Shown here piece after piece: positions 26,656-36,700 of a stretch of 64,000 bases of DNA (its first letter is position 1; each line of letters begins with the position of its first letter). Under the pieces are notes generated by a model. That model saw only the letters and a program-made list of their open reading frames with translations. It was not told where the DNA came from and searched no databases. The stretch is taken from contig CAUTYX010000009.1 in the NCBI GenBank assembly GCA_963542695.1, positions 3,124 through 67,123 of the forward strand. The letters are read 5' to 3'. A program made the translations under genes and the position numbers. The stretch is from an uncultured Eubacteriales bacterium (lineage in GTDB: Bacteria; Bacillota; Clostridia; Peptostreptococcales; Anaerovoracaceae).

Positions 26656-29600
26656 ATGCAGTGGACACAGCGCCAGCAACAAGCGATTGAAGATAGAGGA
26701 AACAACCTTTTGGTTGCCGCCGCCGCAGGATCCGGCAAGACAGCCGTCTTAATTGAACGAATCAAACGATTGATTATTAGCGAAAACATTGATGTGGATC
26801 AGCTGCTGGTGGTGACATTTACCAAAGCGGCGGCAGCGGAAATGAAGGAAAAACTAATCAAGGCTATTCAAAAAGAAATTGTTGCAGGGGGAGACAATGC
26901 TATATTTATGCGGCAACAACTTTCCCGCATGTACAAAACCAACATTAGCACTTTCCATTCCTTTGCTTTTCAGGTGATTCGCAAGTATTTCTATTTACTG
27001 GATATTGATCCGCAAGTCCGCATTGCAGATGAAGCCGAAGCTAAACTATTAAAAAATGAAGCTATGGCGGAGGTCTTCGATGATTTGTACGAAAAAGAAG
27101 ATACGGCGTTTTTGAATTTTTTAAAAGCGTATGCCCCGGATAAAAGTGACTATAGTTTGCAAAGCCGGTTAATCCGAGCATACGACAGACTAATGGCCAT
27201 GACAGCTCCCAAAGAATGGCTTGAGACAGCTCTTGGCAATCTGAAAAGCTCTAAGCTAGAGGATATACATGGCTTATCTTCTTTTATCAAATCCGAAAGT
27301 CAAAGGAGTATACAGCAGGCACATATTTCTTATACAAAAATAATGAATTTATTCCATGAATATCAATTAGAAGACTTGGCAAGTAAAGTGGAACCGGAGT
27401 GGGCTGCTGTAAAAAAAATAGAGGAAACTCTTTCCGGGTCTATGGGAGAAACAAAGAAAGCCATTAATCAATACAAGCAAACTTTGGTGCGGCTAACTGC
27501 TAAAGGTGATGAAAAAGAAGTCTACAAGGATATTAAGGACCAAGTTAAATTTCATCGAGAAAAGGCGAAAGAGCTCATTAAGGAGTTAGAAAAAGATTTC
27601 TATGCCTTACCGGAAAAGGTATATATGCAGGATTTGGCGGATACTGCAGCGCAGTTAAAAGAAATGCAACAAATTCTGGAATTGTTTTATGAAAAATATA
27701 AAGAAAAAAAGGCAGAGAAAAACCTGGTTGATTTTAGTGACGAAGAGCAATATTGCTTGCAAATCTTACAGGACGAAACGGCGGCAGCCGAATACCGGGA
27801 GAAATTTCACTATATTTTTATTGATGAATATCAAGATAGTAACTATTTGCAGGAAGAAATTATTCATAGGATATGTCGCAAAGACAATGTGTTTATGGTG
27901 GGCGATATCAAGCAATGTATCTATCGTTTTCGACTGGCAGAGCCGGATATTTTTTGGGATGTCTATCAAAAATATGGAAACAATGAAAAACAGGAAGGCA
28001 GGGAGACCGGGCAAGAAGGAAAACGAATCGACCTTTCCACCAACTTCCGTAGTAAACCTTGGATTATTGATGCCGTCAATGGAATCTTCCGGCCGATTAT
28101 GGAAGGATATGATGATAAGGCAGCACTGGTGGCCGGACAAACGGAAACAAAAGGAACCAGCTATCCGGTGGAGTTGATTACGGTAGATGCGGATCTGATA
28201 CAAGAGGAAGAAACCCAGGAAGAAGCCCCGAAAACAGAATCTGTTTTAGAAGAACTGGAAGATCTGTCCACTGCAGAGTTGGAGGCAGTGGTGGCAAAAA
28301 AGAAAATTCAAAGCCTGCTGGGGAAAACTTTTTATGACAGCAAGGAAGATGTCCTTCGGCCTATTGAAAAAAAAGATATCGTTATTTTAATGCGCTCTGT
28401 AAAATCTACGGCACACATCTTCCAAATGGCGTTGCAAGAGGTAGGTATTGATACGGTTACCGATGCCAACGGTGGATATTTTTCCACGGGAGAAATTGCC
28501 CAATTCCTTGATTTTCTGTATATCATTGACAATAGCCGAAAAGATCTCAGCTTGCTTTCGGTTCTGCGTTCTTGTGCATTTACTTTTACAACAGATGATT
28601 TGATTCAAATACGCTTATTCCATAGAGAGGATGCTTATGGTGATGCCTTGGCAGATTACTGTGAGTCCGGTCCCAATGAAGAGTTAAAGGAAAAATGTTT
28701 AGATTTTATGGAAACCTTAGAAAAATGGAGGAAAGCCAGCAGAGCATTGCCGCTAGATATCTTTATTTGGCGATTAATGCAGGAAACCGGATACTATGCC
28801 TTTATGGGTGCCTTGGCTGATGGTATTCAGCGACAAGTAAATTTGCGGAGTTTGGTGGATAGAGCATCGGCCTTTTGTGAAAACAACGGAGGTAATCTGT
28901 ATGGTTTTTTACAGTATGCAGCCCAGATGTCAGATGCAGAGGATGCCCAGGCCAGTGAAATGGATGACCAAAAAGATGCGGTGCGCATTATGACCATTCA
29001 TAAGAGTAAGGGACTGGAATTTCCCGTGGTGTTGGTGGCAGGTTTGGGTCGTCAATTTCGGTTTGCCAATGACGATAGCCAGTTTTCTATTCATAAAGAT
29101 TTAGGGATCGGCACATCCAAAGTAGATATACAGCAACATTGGCACCGGTCAACGTTGATGCAAAAGGCCATTGCAAGGAAAGCCAAAGCCGAATTTATGG
29201 AGGAAGAAAAGCGGATTTTGTATGTGGCACTGACTAGAGCCAAAGATGTACTCATTATGATGGGAGTCGGTACAGCGATGGAAAATAAGATTTATCGCTG
29301 TGAAACCGGTACGGCTAGCCAAGGTTGTTACTTGGATATTATCTATGCACAGGCAAAAGAAATGGGAATTACCATTACCCATGAAAACAGAAGAACGTTG
29401 GCAGAGGATATGATTCTTCACGAGGAGAAGCAGAAAGAAATTACCCAATCTATTTTTGAAGAGAGTCCCCGGTGGCAACAATGGATTTCTAAAGAAGAGA
29501 ATCGTCAGCTATACGAAGCCTTAGATAAAAAACTAACCTTTACCTACCCCCACGCCGGCCAAATGGAGACCCGGTCTAAATATTCTGTTAGTCGGTTGAA

Positions 29601-30144
29601 TCAAATGGGTGGCGAGCCGCTTCCTTCCCTGGTGGTTCCATCTTTCCTGTCGCAACCGGAAGATTTTACGGCTATGCAGCGAGGTACGTTGATGCATACC
29701 GCCATGGAACAGATTGACTTTGCCATGGCTAAAAAGGAAGGTTTGGCATATATAAAAGAGAGAATAGAGCAGCTGGTACAAGAGCAAATCTTTCTGTCCG
29801 GGGAAGCCTCGCAAATCAATATACAGCAAATACAGAAATTCTTTGCAACAGATATTGGAAAGCGTGCAGCTATGGCAAGAGTTCGCAAAGAAACGCCCTT
29901 TAACATGATGATGCCATACCAAGGACGCGATATATTGGTACAAGGTATCATTGACTGTTGGTTTGAAGATGAAAAAGGTTTGGTGCTGCTGGACTATAAA
30001 ACCAATCGCAATACGGAAAATATCAGAGAAACATATAGAGTTCAAATGGATATCTACAAGAAAGCCTTGGAAGAATCCACAGGCAGAAAGGTGATCGAGG
30101 CGTATTTGTACCTGTTCACCACCGGTGAGTTTGTGGAAATGTAA
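26656..30144 (+). CDS. addA: ATP-dependent helicase/nuclease AddA-type (UvrD/PcrA helicase plus C-terminal RecB-family nuclease)
   Basis: WTQRQQQAIEDRGNNLLVAAAAGSGKTAVLIERI; FIDEYQDSN; TIHKSKGLEFPVV; C-terminal nuclease GIIDCWFEDEKGLVLLDYKT. ATG 26656 follows GGTAGGAG; the ORF track begins at 26446. Confidence 0.9.
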   Translation: MQWTQRQQQAIEDRGNNLLVAAAAGSGKTAVLIERIKRLIISENIDVDQLLVVTFTKAAAAEMKEKLIKAIQKEIVAGGDNAIFMRQQLSRMYKTNISTFHSFAFQVIRKYFYLLDIDPQVRIADEAEAKLLKNEAMAEVFDDLYEKEDTAFLNFLKAYAPDKSDYSLQSRLIRAYDRLMAMTAPKEWLETALGNLKSSKLEDIHGLSSFIKSESQRSIQQAHISYTKIMNLFHEYQLEDLASKVEPEWAAVKKIEETLSGSMGETKKAINQYKQTLVRLTAKGDEKEVYKDIKDQVKFHREKAKELIKELEKDFYALPEKVYMQDLADTAAQLKEMQQILELFYEKYKEKKAEKNLVDFSDEEQYCLQILQDETAAAEYREKFHYIFIDEYQDSNYLQEEIIHRICRKDNVFMVGDIKQCIYRFRLAEPDIFWDVYQKYGNNEKQEGRETGQEGKRIDLSTNFRSKPWIIDAVNGIFRPIMEGYDDKAALVAGQTETKGTSYPVELITVDADLIQEEETQEEAPKTESVLEELEDLSTAELEAVVAKKKIQSLLGKTFYDSKEDVLRPIEKKDIVILMRSVKSTAHIFQMALQEVGIDTVTDANGGYFSTGEIAQFLDFLYIIDNSRKDLSLLSVLRSCAFTFTTDDLIQIRLFHREDAYGDALADYCESGPNEELKEKCLDFMETLEKWRKASRALPLDIFIWRLMQETGYYAFMGALADGIQRQVNLRSLVDRASAFCENNGGNLYGFLQYAAQMSDAEDAQASEMDDQKDAVRIMTIHKSKGLEFPVVLVAGLGRQFRFANDDSQFSIHKDLGIGTSKVDIQQHWHRSTLMQKAIARKAKAEFMEEEKRILYVALTRAKDVLIMMGVGTAMENKIYRCETGTASQGCYLDIIYAQAKEMGITITHENRRTLAEDMILHEEKQKEITQSIFEESPRWQQWISKEENRQLYEALDKKLTFTYPHAGQMETRSKYSVSRLNQMGGEPLPSLVVPSFLSQPEDFTAMQRGTLMHTAMEQIDFAMAKKEGLAYIKERIEQLVQEQIFLSGEASQINIQQIQKFFATDIGKRAAMARVRKETPFNMMMPYQGRDILVQGIIDCWFEDEKGLVLLDYKTNRNTENIRETYRVQMDIYKKALEESTGRKVIEAYLYLFTTGEFVEM

Positions 30145-30252
30145 AGAACTTTTTATGGTTTTTTCTTCATAATTTTTTTGTTTTTTCATGTAAGTTTTTG
30201 TGTTATAATTTCCGAGGCTGTTATAGAATTTGACATAAGAGTAAGAGAGGAA

Positions 30253-32049
30253 ATGAATATGAAAAAGCTACTTTTTGCCATGGGAACCATGGTGCTGGCA
30301 TGTGGGCTTTTCTTTGGAAACATACCGACAGCTAATGCTGCCGGTATTTCTATGTCCAAAGAATTGAAACCCTATGGACACATGGAGGAAAAAGACGGTA
30401 TATCCTATTACAAATACGATAATCCTTCTGTTTTGCAGCTGGATAAAAGACCGGATAGACAATCGGGATTTAAAATTTCTTCCGGCAGTATTCCCCCACA
30501 GTACGATGGGAGATATAGCCGAAATACTTCGGTGAAAAACCAAGGTACCACAGAAATTTGCTGGGCCTATGCGACTATGGCAGCCTTAGAGTCCAACATA
30601 ATTACAAAAGGTCGTGCAGGAAAAAGCTTGGATTTGTGGGAGCATCAATTGGCGTATTTTACCTACCATGGGGCAAACAACAGCGGAAAAAGCTGGTATG
30701 GAGAAGGGGATTCTTTTAAAAGCGGCAATTTGGCCTGGCATGCTTGTGGAGGAAATTATTTACAGGCGGCGGCCACCTTATCAAGAGGCTATGGCGCAAT
30801 AGGGCAACAGAATATTTCCCCCAAAGCAAACTTGTCTTCAGCTATACAAACCAAGCGATCCTATGGCATTACCGATATGGTTATGCTGCCGGATCCACAT
30901 AAAATCAATGGTCAGACCTTAGATACAACAGCAATGAAGCAAATTAAACAGAGTATTCTAAAGAATGGAGCCTGTACAGCACAACTGTATGTAGATAATT
31001 ATACGGCCTATAGAAATTATTACCATACGATAGCTGGGACAGCTAATCATGGAATTACAGTTGTAGGTTGGGATGATACTGTGCCTGCCGGTAAATTCGG
31101 ACCCAATAGTCCATCCGGATCCGGCGCATGGATTGTAAAAAACAGCTGGGGAACCAGGGCGCACCAAAATGGGTACTTTTATGTATCTTATTACTCACCT
31201 TCGATGGCAGGCTTTTGCAGCTTTATTGGAGACAAGGCAGCCAATATCAATAGTGGTTCCTATGAAACTTACCAATACGATGGTGTAGGAGTAGGCGATT
31301 CGATGCTTTCTTCATCGATACCGGTTTCGGTGGCAAATACCTTTACAGCGAGAAAAGATGCGTTGGTGAGTCACGTAGGAACATGGACCGGAGAAGGTTC
31401 CCAGAAAGTAACCATTAAAATCTATGTTGGAAGAACCACTGCCACCAGGCCGTCTTCGGGTACTACTGTGTATTCTGCAACAAAAAATATTTCCGGAGCA
31501 GGGTACCACCGCATTCCTCTCGGGAAAACAGTTGGCATTCCTAAAGGAGAAAAATTTAGTGTCGTTGTGACATCCAAAGGAAGGAGTCGGTACTTTTTCC
31601 CGGTAGAAATAAAAGTTTCTGATACCTTCAGCGGAGCCGGCCGAATCAATCTCGGCAAAATTGCCAAAGGAGAAAGCTATTATTACTTTAACGGAAAATG
31701 GCATGATATTGCCAAATCGCCGATTTTAATGCAGGATTATAAAGCGACGGTTACATCCGGCAATGCTCTTGCAAAAGCATTTACCAAGAGGGCCGGTCAC
31801 AAGTCACAACGACTGACCGGAGCAAGGAGAAAATCCATTCGACGTGGCAGGACTGTCTCTTTGAAAATACGACATCCGAGGGGAAAGGGGAGAGTCATCT
31901 ATCGTTCTTCCAACAGTCGTATCCTAAAGGTTACTTCCAAAGGGAGGGTTAAAGGCCTGCGGAAAGGACGAGCAAAAGTGTATGTAGTGGCGTTGCCTAC
32001 AGCCACTCACAAGTCAGTGAAAAAGACGATTACCATCCGTGTTCGATAA
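30253..32049 (+). CDS. Secreted papain-like (C1-family) cysteine peptidase with a C-terminal Ig-like (Big_2-type) domain
   Basis: Signal peptide MNMKKLLFAMGTMVLACGLFFGNIPTANA. Catalytic Cys context NQGTTEICWAY, His NHGITVVGWDD, Asn/Trp WIVKNSWG. A basic beta-rich tail follows (VSLKIRH...KVTSKGRVKGLRKGRAKVYVVA). Confidence 0.85.
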   Translation: MNMKKLLFAMGTMVLACGLFFGNIPTANAAGISMSKELKPYGHMEEKDGISYYKYDNPSVLQLDKRPDRQSGFKISSGSIPPQYDGRYSRNTSVKNQGTTEICWAYATMAALESNIITKGRAGKSLDLWEHQLAYFTYHGANNSGKSWYGEGDSFKSGNLAWHACGGNYLQAAATLSRGYGAIGQQNISPKANLSSAIQTKRSYGITDMVMLPDPHKINGQTLDTTAMKQIKQSILKNGACTAQLYVDNYTAYRNYYHTIAGTANHGITVVGWDDTVPAGKFGPNSPSGSGAWIVKNSWGTRAHQNGYFYVSYYSPSMAGFCSFIGDKAANINSGSYETYQYDGVGVGDSMLSSSIPVSVANTFTARKDALVSHVGTWTGEGSQKVTIKIYVGRTTATRPSSGTTVYSATKNISGAGYHRIPLGKTVGIPKGEKFSVVVTSKGRSRYFFPVEIKVSDTFSGAGRINLGKIAKGESYYYFNGKWHDIAKSPILMQDYKATVTSGNALAKAFTKRAGHKSQRLTGARRKSIRRGRTVSLKIRHPRGKGRVIYRSSNSRILKVTSKGRVKGLRKGRAKVYVVALPTATHKSVKKTITIRVR

Positions 32050-32071
32050 AAGCAAGATGTAATCTGTAAAA

Positions 32072-32125
32072 ATCCCCCGCCTAATGCAAGGTTAATACCT
32101 TCTTAGGCGAGGGATATTTTGTTTT
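32072..32125. terminator. Bidirectional terminator between the peptidase gene (+) and gdhA (-)
   Basis: Stem ATCCCCCGCCTAA (32072-32084) / TTAGGCGAGGGAT (32103-32115, one mismatch), then ATTTTGTTTTG. Confidence 0.6.
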
Positions 32126-32160
32126 GTAAGGTTTAGAAAATGTATTTCGGTTAGGGTTGT

Positions 32161-33504
32161 CTATACCAAGCCCTGTGCCATCATAGCTTCTGCAATTTTC
32201 AGGAAGCCGGCAATGTTGGCTCCTTTAACCAGATCATATGTGCCATAGTATTCTTCAGAAGCTTCTTTACAAGCCTGGTGGATACCCAGCATGATGTCTT
32301 TCAACTGTGCGTGTACTTGGTCTGCAGAGTAAACAGCCTTGCTGCCGTTCTGTCCCATTTCGATACAGGAACAAGCTACGCCGCCGGCATTAGCTGCCTT
32401 GGACGGGCCAACGATGATGCCGCCATCCTGCATGGTTTTGAGAGCTTCGTTGGTGGAGGACATGTTGGAACCTTCACAAACAAACTTAACGCCTCTCTTA
32501 ACGAATCCTTCTGCATCTTCTACCTGGATTTCGTTCTGTGTAGCACATGGGATGTACAAATCAGCTTCTACTTCCCAAGGTTTCTTTCCTCTGAAGAATT
32601 TGGCTTTCGGGAATTTTTCTGCGTAAGGGGAGCAGATGTTCTTTCCGCTGGCACGCAACTCTCTCAGGTATTCTATCTTTTCACCGGAAACGCCATCGGG
32701 ATCGTAGATGTATCCGTCCGGTCCGGAGATGGTGACAACCTTAGCTCCTAATTCGTTGAGCTTTCTTGCTGTTCCCCAGGTAACATTTCCGAATCCGGAG
32801 ATAGCAACATTCTTGCCTTTCAGTTTTTCGCCGTTGGCTTCCAGCATAGCCTGTGCAAAGTATACGATTCCGTATCCGGTGGCTTCTGTTCTTCCGTTAA
32901 GACCACCGAAAGTCAATCCTTTACCGGTCAGCACGCCTTCAAAACGATTTACGATTCTCTTGTACTGGCCATATAGGTATCCGATTTCCTTAGCACTAAC
33001 GCCCAGGTCGCCGGCAGGAACGTCTGTTTCCGGCCCGATGTGACGGTACAGTTCTGTCATGTAAGCCTGGCAGAAACGCATGATTTCGCCATCACTTTTT
33101 CCATTTGCATCAAAGTCTGCACCACCTTTGCCGCCGCCAATGGGAAGGCCGGTCAAGCTGTTCTTGAAAATCTGTTCGAATCCCAAGAATTTGATGATGC
33201 CCGGATAAACGTTCTTTGCAAAACGAATACCGCCTTTGTAAGGTCCAATAGCGCTGTTAAACTGGTAACGGTATCCTTTGTTAACACGTACCTTACCTTC
33301 GTCGTCAGTCCAAACAACGCGGAATGTAATCCCTCTTTCAGGCTCAGTAAGTCTTTCCAACAGAGCGGCTTTTTCATATTCCGGATGTCTTTCGATAACC
33401 GGTTCTAGAGACCGTAAAACTTCTTCCACTGTCTGATGAAATTCCACTTCACCGGGGTTTTTTTCCTCGCATTCTTTAATGACTCTTTCAATGTAATCTG
33501 ACAT
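32161..33504 (-). CDS. gdhA: NADP-specific glutamate dehydrogenase
   Basis: RVVWTDDEGKVRVNKGYRYQFNSAIGPYKGGIRF; LPIGGGKGG; GFGNV Rossmann. Confidence 0.95.
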   Translation of the reverse strand: MSDYIERVIKECEEKNPGEVEFHQTVEEVLRSLEPVIERHPEYEKAALLERLTEPERGITFRVVWTDDEGKVRVNKGYRYQFNSAIGPYKGGIRFAKNVYPGIIKFLGFEQIFKNSLTGLPIGGGKGGADFDANGKSDGEIMRFCQAYMTELYRHIGPETDVPAGDLGVSAKEIGYLYGQYKRIVNRFEGVLTGKGLTFGGLNGRTEATGYGIVYFAQAMLEANGEKLKGKNVAISGFGNVTWGTARKLNELGAKVVTISGPDGYIYDPDGVSGEKIEYLRELRASGKNICSPYAEKFPKAKFFRGKKPWEVEADLYIPCATQNEIQVEDAEGFVKRGVKFVCEGSNMSSTNEALKTMQDGGIIVGPSKAANAGGVACSCIEMGQNGSKAVYSADQVHAQLKDIMLGIHQACKEASEEYYGTYDLVKGANIAGFLKIAEAMMAQGLV

Positions 33505-33743
33505 TTTTTATGTTCTCCTTTGCCAAAAAAAATGAAATAGTAGTTTATGGTTGTACGCATCAACGAAATTGGTCTCCGCGTCTGTAATGAATATAGCACT
33601 CTTTTTTTCATTTTTCAATCTACTTGCCTATTCCAGTTTACTTAAGCAATTTTGTATACATTCAAAAGAAGAATTAAAATATAAGAAAATTCGAATAGGA
33701 TTGGTTTTTGACAGCCAGGCACGTGGGATTTACCCGGTGGCTA

Positions 33744-33752
33744 TGGTATAAT
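33744..33752 (+). promoter_or_regulatory. Extended -10 promoter element (TGgTATAAT) for the giant-gene operon
   Basis: TGGTATAAT at 33744-33752. The -35 (TGGGAT at 33724-33729) is weak. The box overlaps the first ATG of the ORF track (33751), which favours ATG 33778 as the real start. Confidence 0.4.
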
Positions 33753-33777
33753 GAGTATTATTTCGGAGGTTTGCCAT

Positions 33778-36700
33778 ATGGGAGTAATCAATAGTCTGGA
33801 CTTGCAAGAAGCGTTGGAAGCCAGAATGACCAATAGATATTTTTTAAAACGGATGAAAGTGCAAAAAAACCACATGGAATCTTTTTTGCGCGATATCGAC
33901 ATCGCAGGACATGCTGCTCGTATTGCCAGGCAAGATACCATTACCTGGAAGGGCGTAATAGACGAAATGAAAAGCGGCCTTGATCTGCTTTGCCCCGAAC
34001 CGGCAGTAGGATGGCGTCAATACTGTTATGATTATGTATTGGGATTTCTTTTTCCCGACGCAGAAATTTCACCACTGGATAGTCGCTATGATCCGGGACT
34101 TCTTTTTATCTATGAGTTTATGAGAACCATGCTGATTGTCAACAGAGACGGTCGTCCTGACGACCCTGTCTTTGATTTTGAGCTGCCACGGGAATCCGAG
34201 CTTTCAGAAGAAAATCATCCGGCCTTGGAAGAATATCGCCATTACTGTAGACTCGATAGAGACCACTATATCTACGAGTTTATGTTCCTGGGCGTGGAAC
34301 TAACCGGCTTTAACACCTTAGGCCATGTGGCCGGTGTGCATAACGTTGCTATGTTTGTGGCAAGACAGCTGGCGAAAAAGGGAGTACCGGTAGATCTGGC
34401 CTTGGTATCTACCTCGGCTGCTCTCCACGACATTGGAAAATATGGGTGTAAAAAATCAGAGGCGCGGCGAGTTCCCTACCTTCACTACTACTATACAGAT
34501 TTGTGTCTAAAATACCTTGATATGCCAATGACAGCGCATATTGCCAGTAACCATTCCACCTGGGATTTGGAACTGGAAAATCTTTCGGTGGAAAATTTAC
34601 TGCTGATTTATGCAGATTTTCGTGTAAAAAGCTCTCATGCAGAAGATGGTCGGGAAATTATCCACATCCATACTCTAGATGATTCCTTTGAGGTAATTCT
34701 CAGCAAGCTGGATAACGTGGATGATAAAAAAATGGCACGATACCAACGAGTATATGCCAAGCTCCATGACTTTGAAGATTATATGAAGAGCCTGGGGATT
34801 TCCACTGACTTACATGATTATACGGTACATCCGGTGAAGCATATTGACGATGTGATGCTATCGCCGGCAGAAACTGTTCAACGGCTAAAGTATCTGGCTA
34901 TTGAGCATAACGTGCTGGTAATGAACCACTTTGGAAACGATGCCGATTTGGCCAGTTTGCTGGAAAACGCTCGTAGTGAAAAGGCCTGGAAAAACATTCG
35001 GGCTTATCTTAGTACCTTGCAGGAGTACTTTACGTACATGACCCGTGTACAGAAGGTGATGACCATTGAATTTGCAAGGGAATTGCTGGTGCATAGAGAA
35101 GGGGATATTCGGAGAAAAGCGGCCACCTTAATTGGTCTTGTGTTGGCTTCTTACGATAAGGAATACCGAAAGGAGCTGCCGGAAGGCGTTGCGGAAAAAA
35201 TGTCCCTAGAAGGCAGTATCCGCATGTGGAATGAACATTTGCGAATCGTCATCCACACAGATCCAAAGATGACCGACCAACAAAAACGTTGGATGGGGTA
35301 TACTTTGAAAATTACGCTAAAAGCGTTACTGGATAATGTGGAGGACTTAGAAAAAAGGGAAAAGTATCTGAGCGGATTTTTGGATGTCATGCGCCAGCGG
35401 CTCAGATCAGAAGATTCGGTATTTATTGTGCTGGATACCATGCTGGAGGTTCCTTTTGAACTTTGCTCCAGAGCCGATGTAGAAAACATTGCCAGATTTT
35501 GCCGGAAGATGATGGATATGGATTCGCCGGAAATCAAAGTAGCATCTCTTCGTGTTATTAAGGATTTGACCACACAGATTAGTTATTCTCTCTTGTCTGC
35601 CAAGGCTGTAGAATACATGCAGGAAATCCTTGAGACTGATGTCTATGGCGATGAACGGGCAAGCGTGGTATATCTAAAGGCAATCAGTGCTGCTGCTCTT
35701 AGCTTTTGGGGAGAAATGTCTTCTAAATGCCGAAAGGCTTATGAGGACTTGGGAAAAGCCACCACTTCTATTTTCCGCGAAAATCTAAAGGTGGATACGC
35801 CATGGAATATTAAATCGGTAAACATCGAGTTGATGATGGATGAACTGGAACACGGAAAGATGAAAGAAGCTTTCTATATTGCTACTCACCTAGCTAACTT
35901 GCTGAAGGTTAGTGAGCGTGTTACAGTGCGTCACCAGGCCGGACAGGCGTTGACCCGTATCTTTGATATGCTCAACGATGACCAGCGCAGTGAAATTGCC
36001 ATTGAGCTGACAAAGGGACTGGAAATAGGGGAATATCAATTCTCCAAATATATTCCTGATTATTTAGGGATTATCATTGCCCGGCTGTCTTTGGAAAGCT
36101 TTAACGAAGTTATGTATGAGCTGGGGCATCTGCTGAAGAGCAATAATGATAGAGTTGTAGGGGTTACGCTTGACACCTTGTCGGTACTCCTAAATTACTA
36201 TATGGAATACAACGATTCAGAAGAGGCACAAAAGCGCTATCGGCGCCATAGAACCCGAATTATCGGCATGTTAATGAAGGGCATGGCTAATTATCACGAA
36301 CCGGTAAGCCAGGAAGCCTTTATGATTATTGGAGAAAATATATTCGGCTCTTCCCAGCTTACCTTGGAAGAAAAATTTGATATATTCCGGATTATGAACA
36401 AGAAGATGCTGACATTGATTCCTCCGGATGCTGATATTGAATTACGGTTTTACAACAATGCAGCGGCATTAAACCATATTTACCGGTTTATTTCCGATTA
36501 CCAATTCTATTTGAAAGATCCAAAGCTGCACCACAGGAAGAGAATTGCCTTCTTCCCGGGGACTTTTGATCCGTTTTCCTTAGGCCACAAAGGTATTGTA
36601 AAAACCATTCTCAGTATGGGATTCCAAGTATATTTGGCATTAGATGAATTTTCATGGTCCAAAAACACCCAGCCGAGAGAATTTAGAAAGAAAATTTTAA

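Noticed and set aside
33708-33713. TTGACA hexamer as the -35 of the giant-gene promoter.
   Set aside because: It lies 33 nt from the TATAAT box, which is too far. The extended -10 (TGnTATAAT) is the more plausible determinant.
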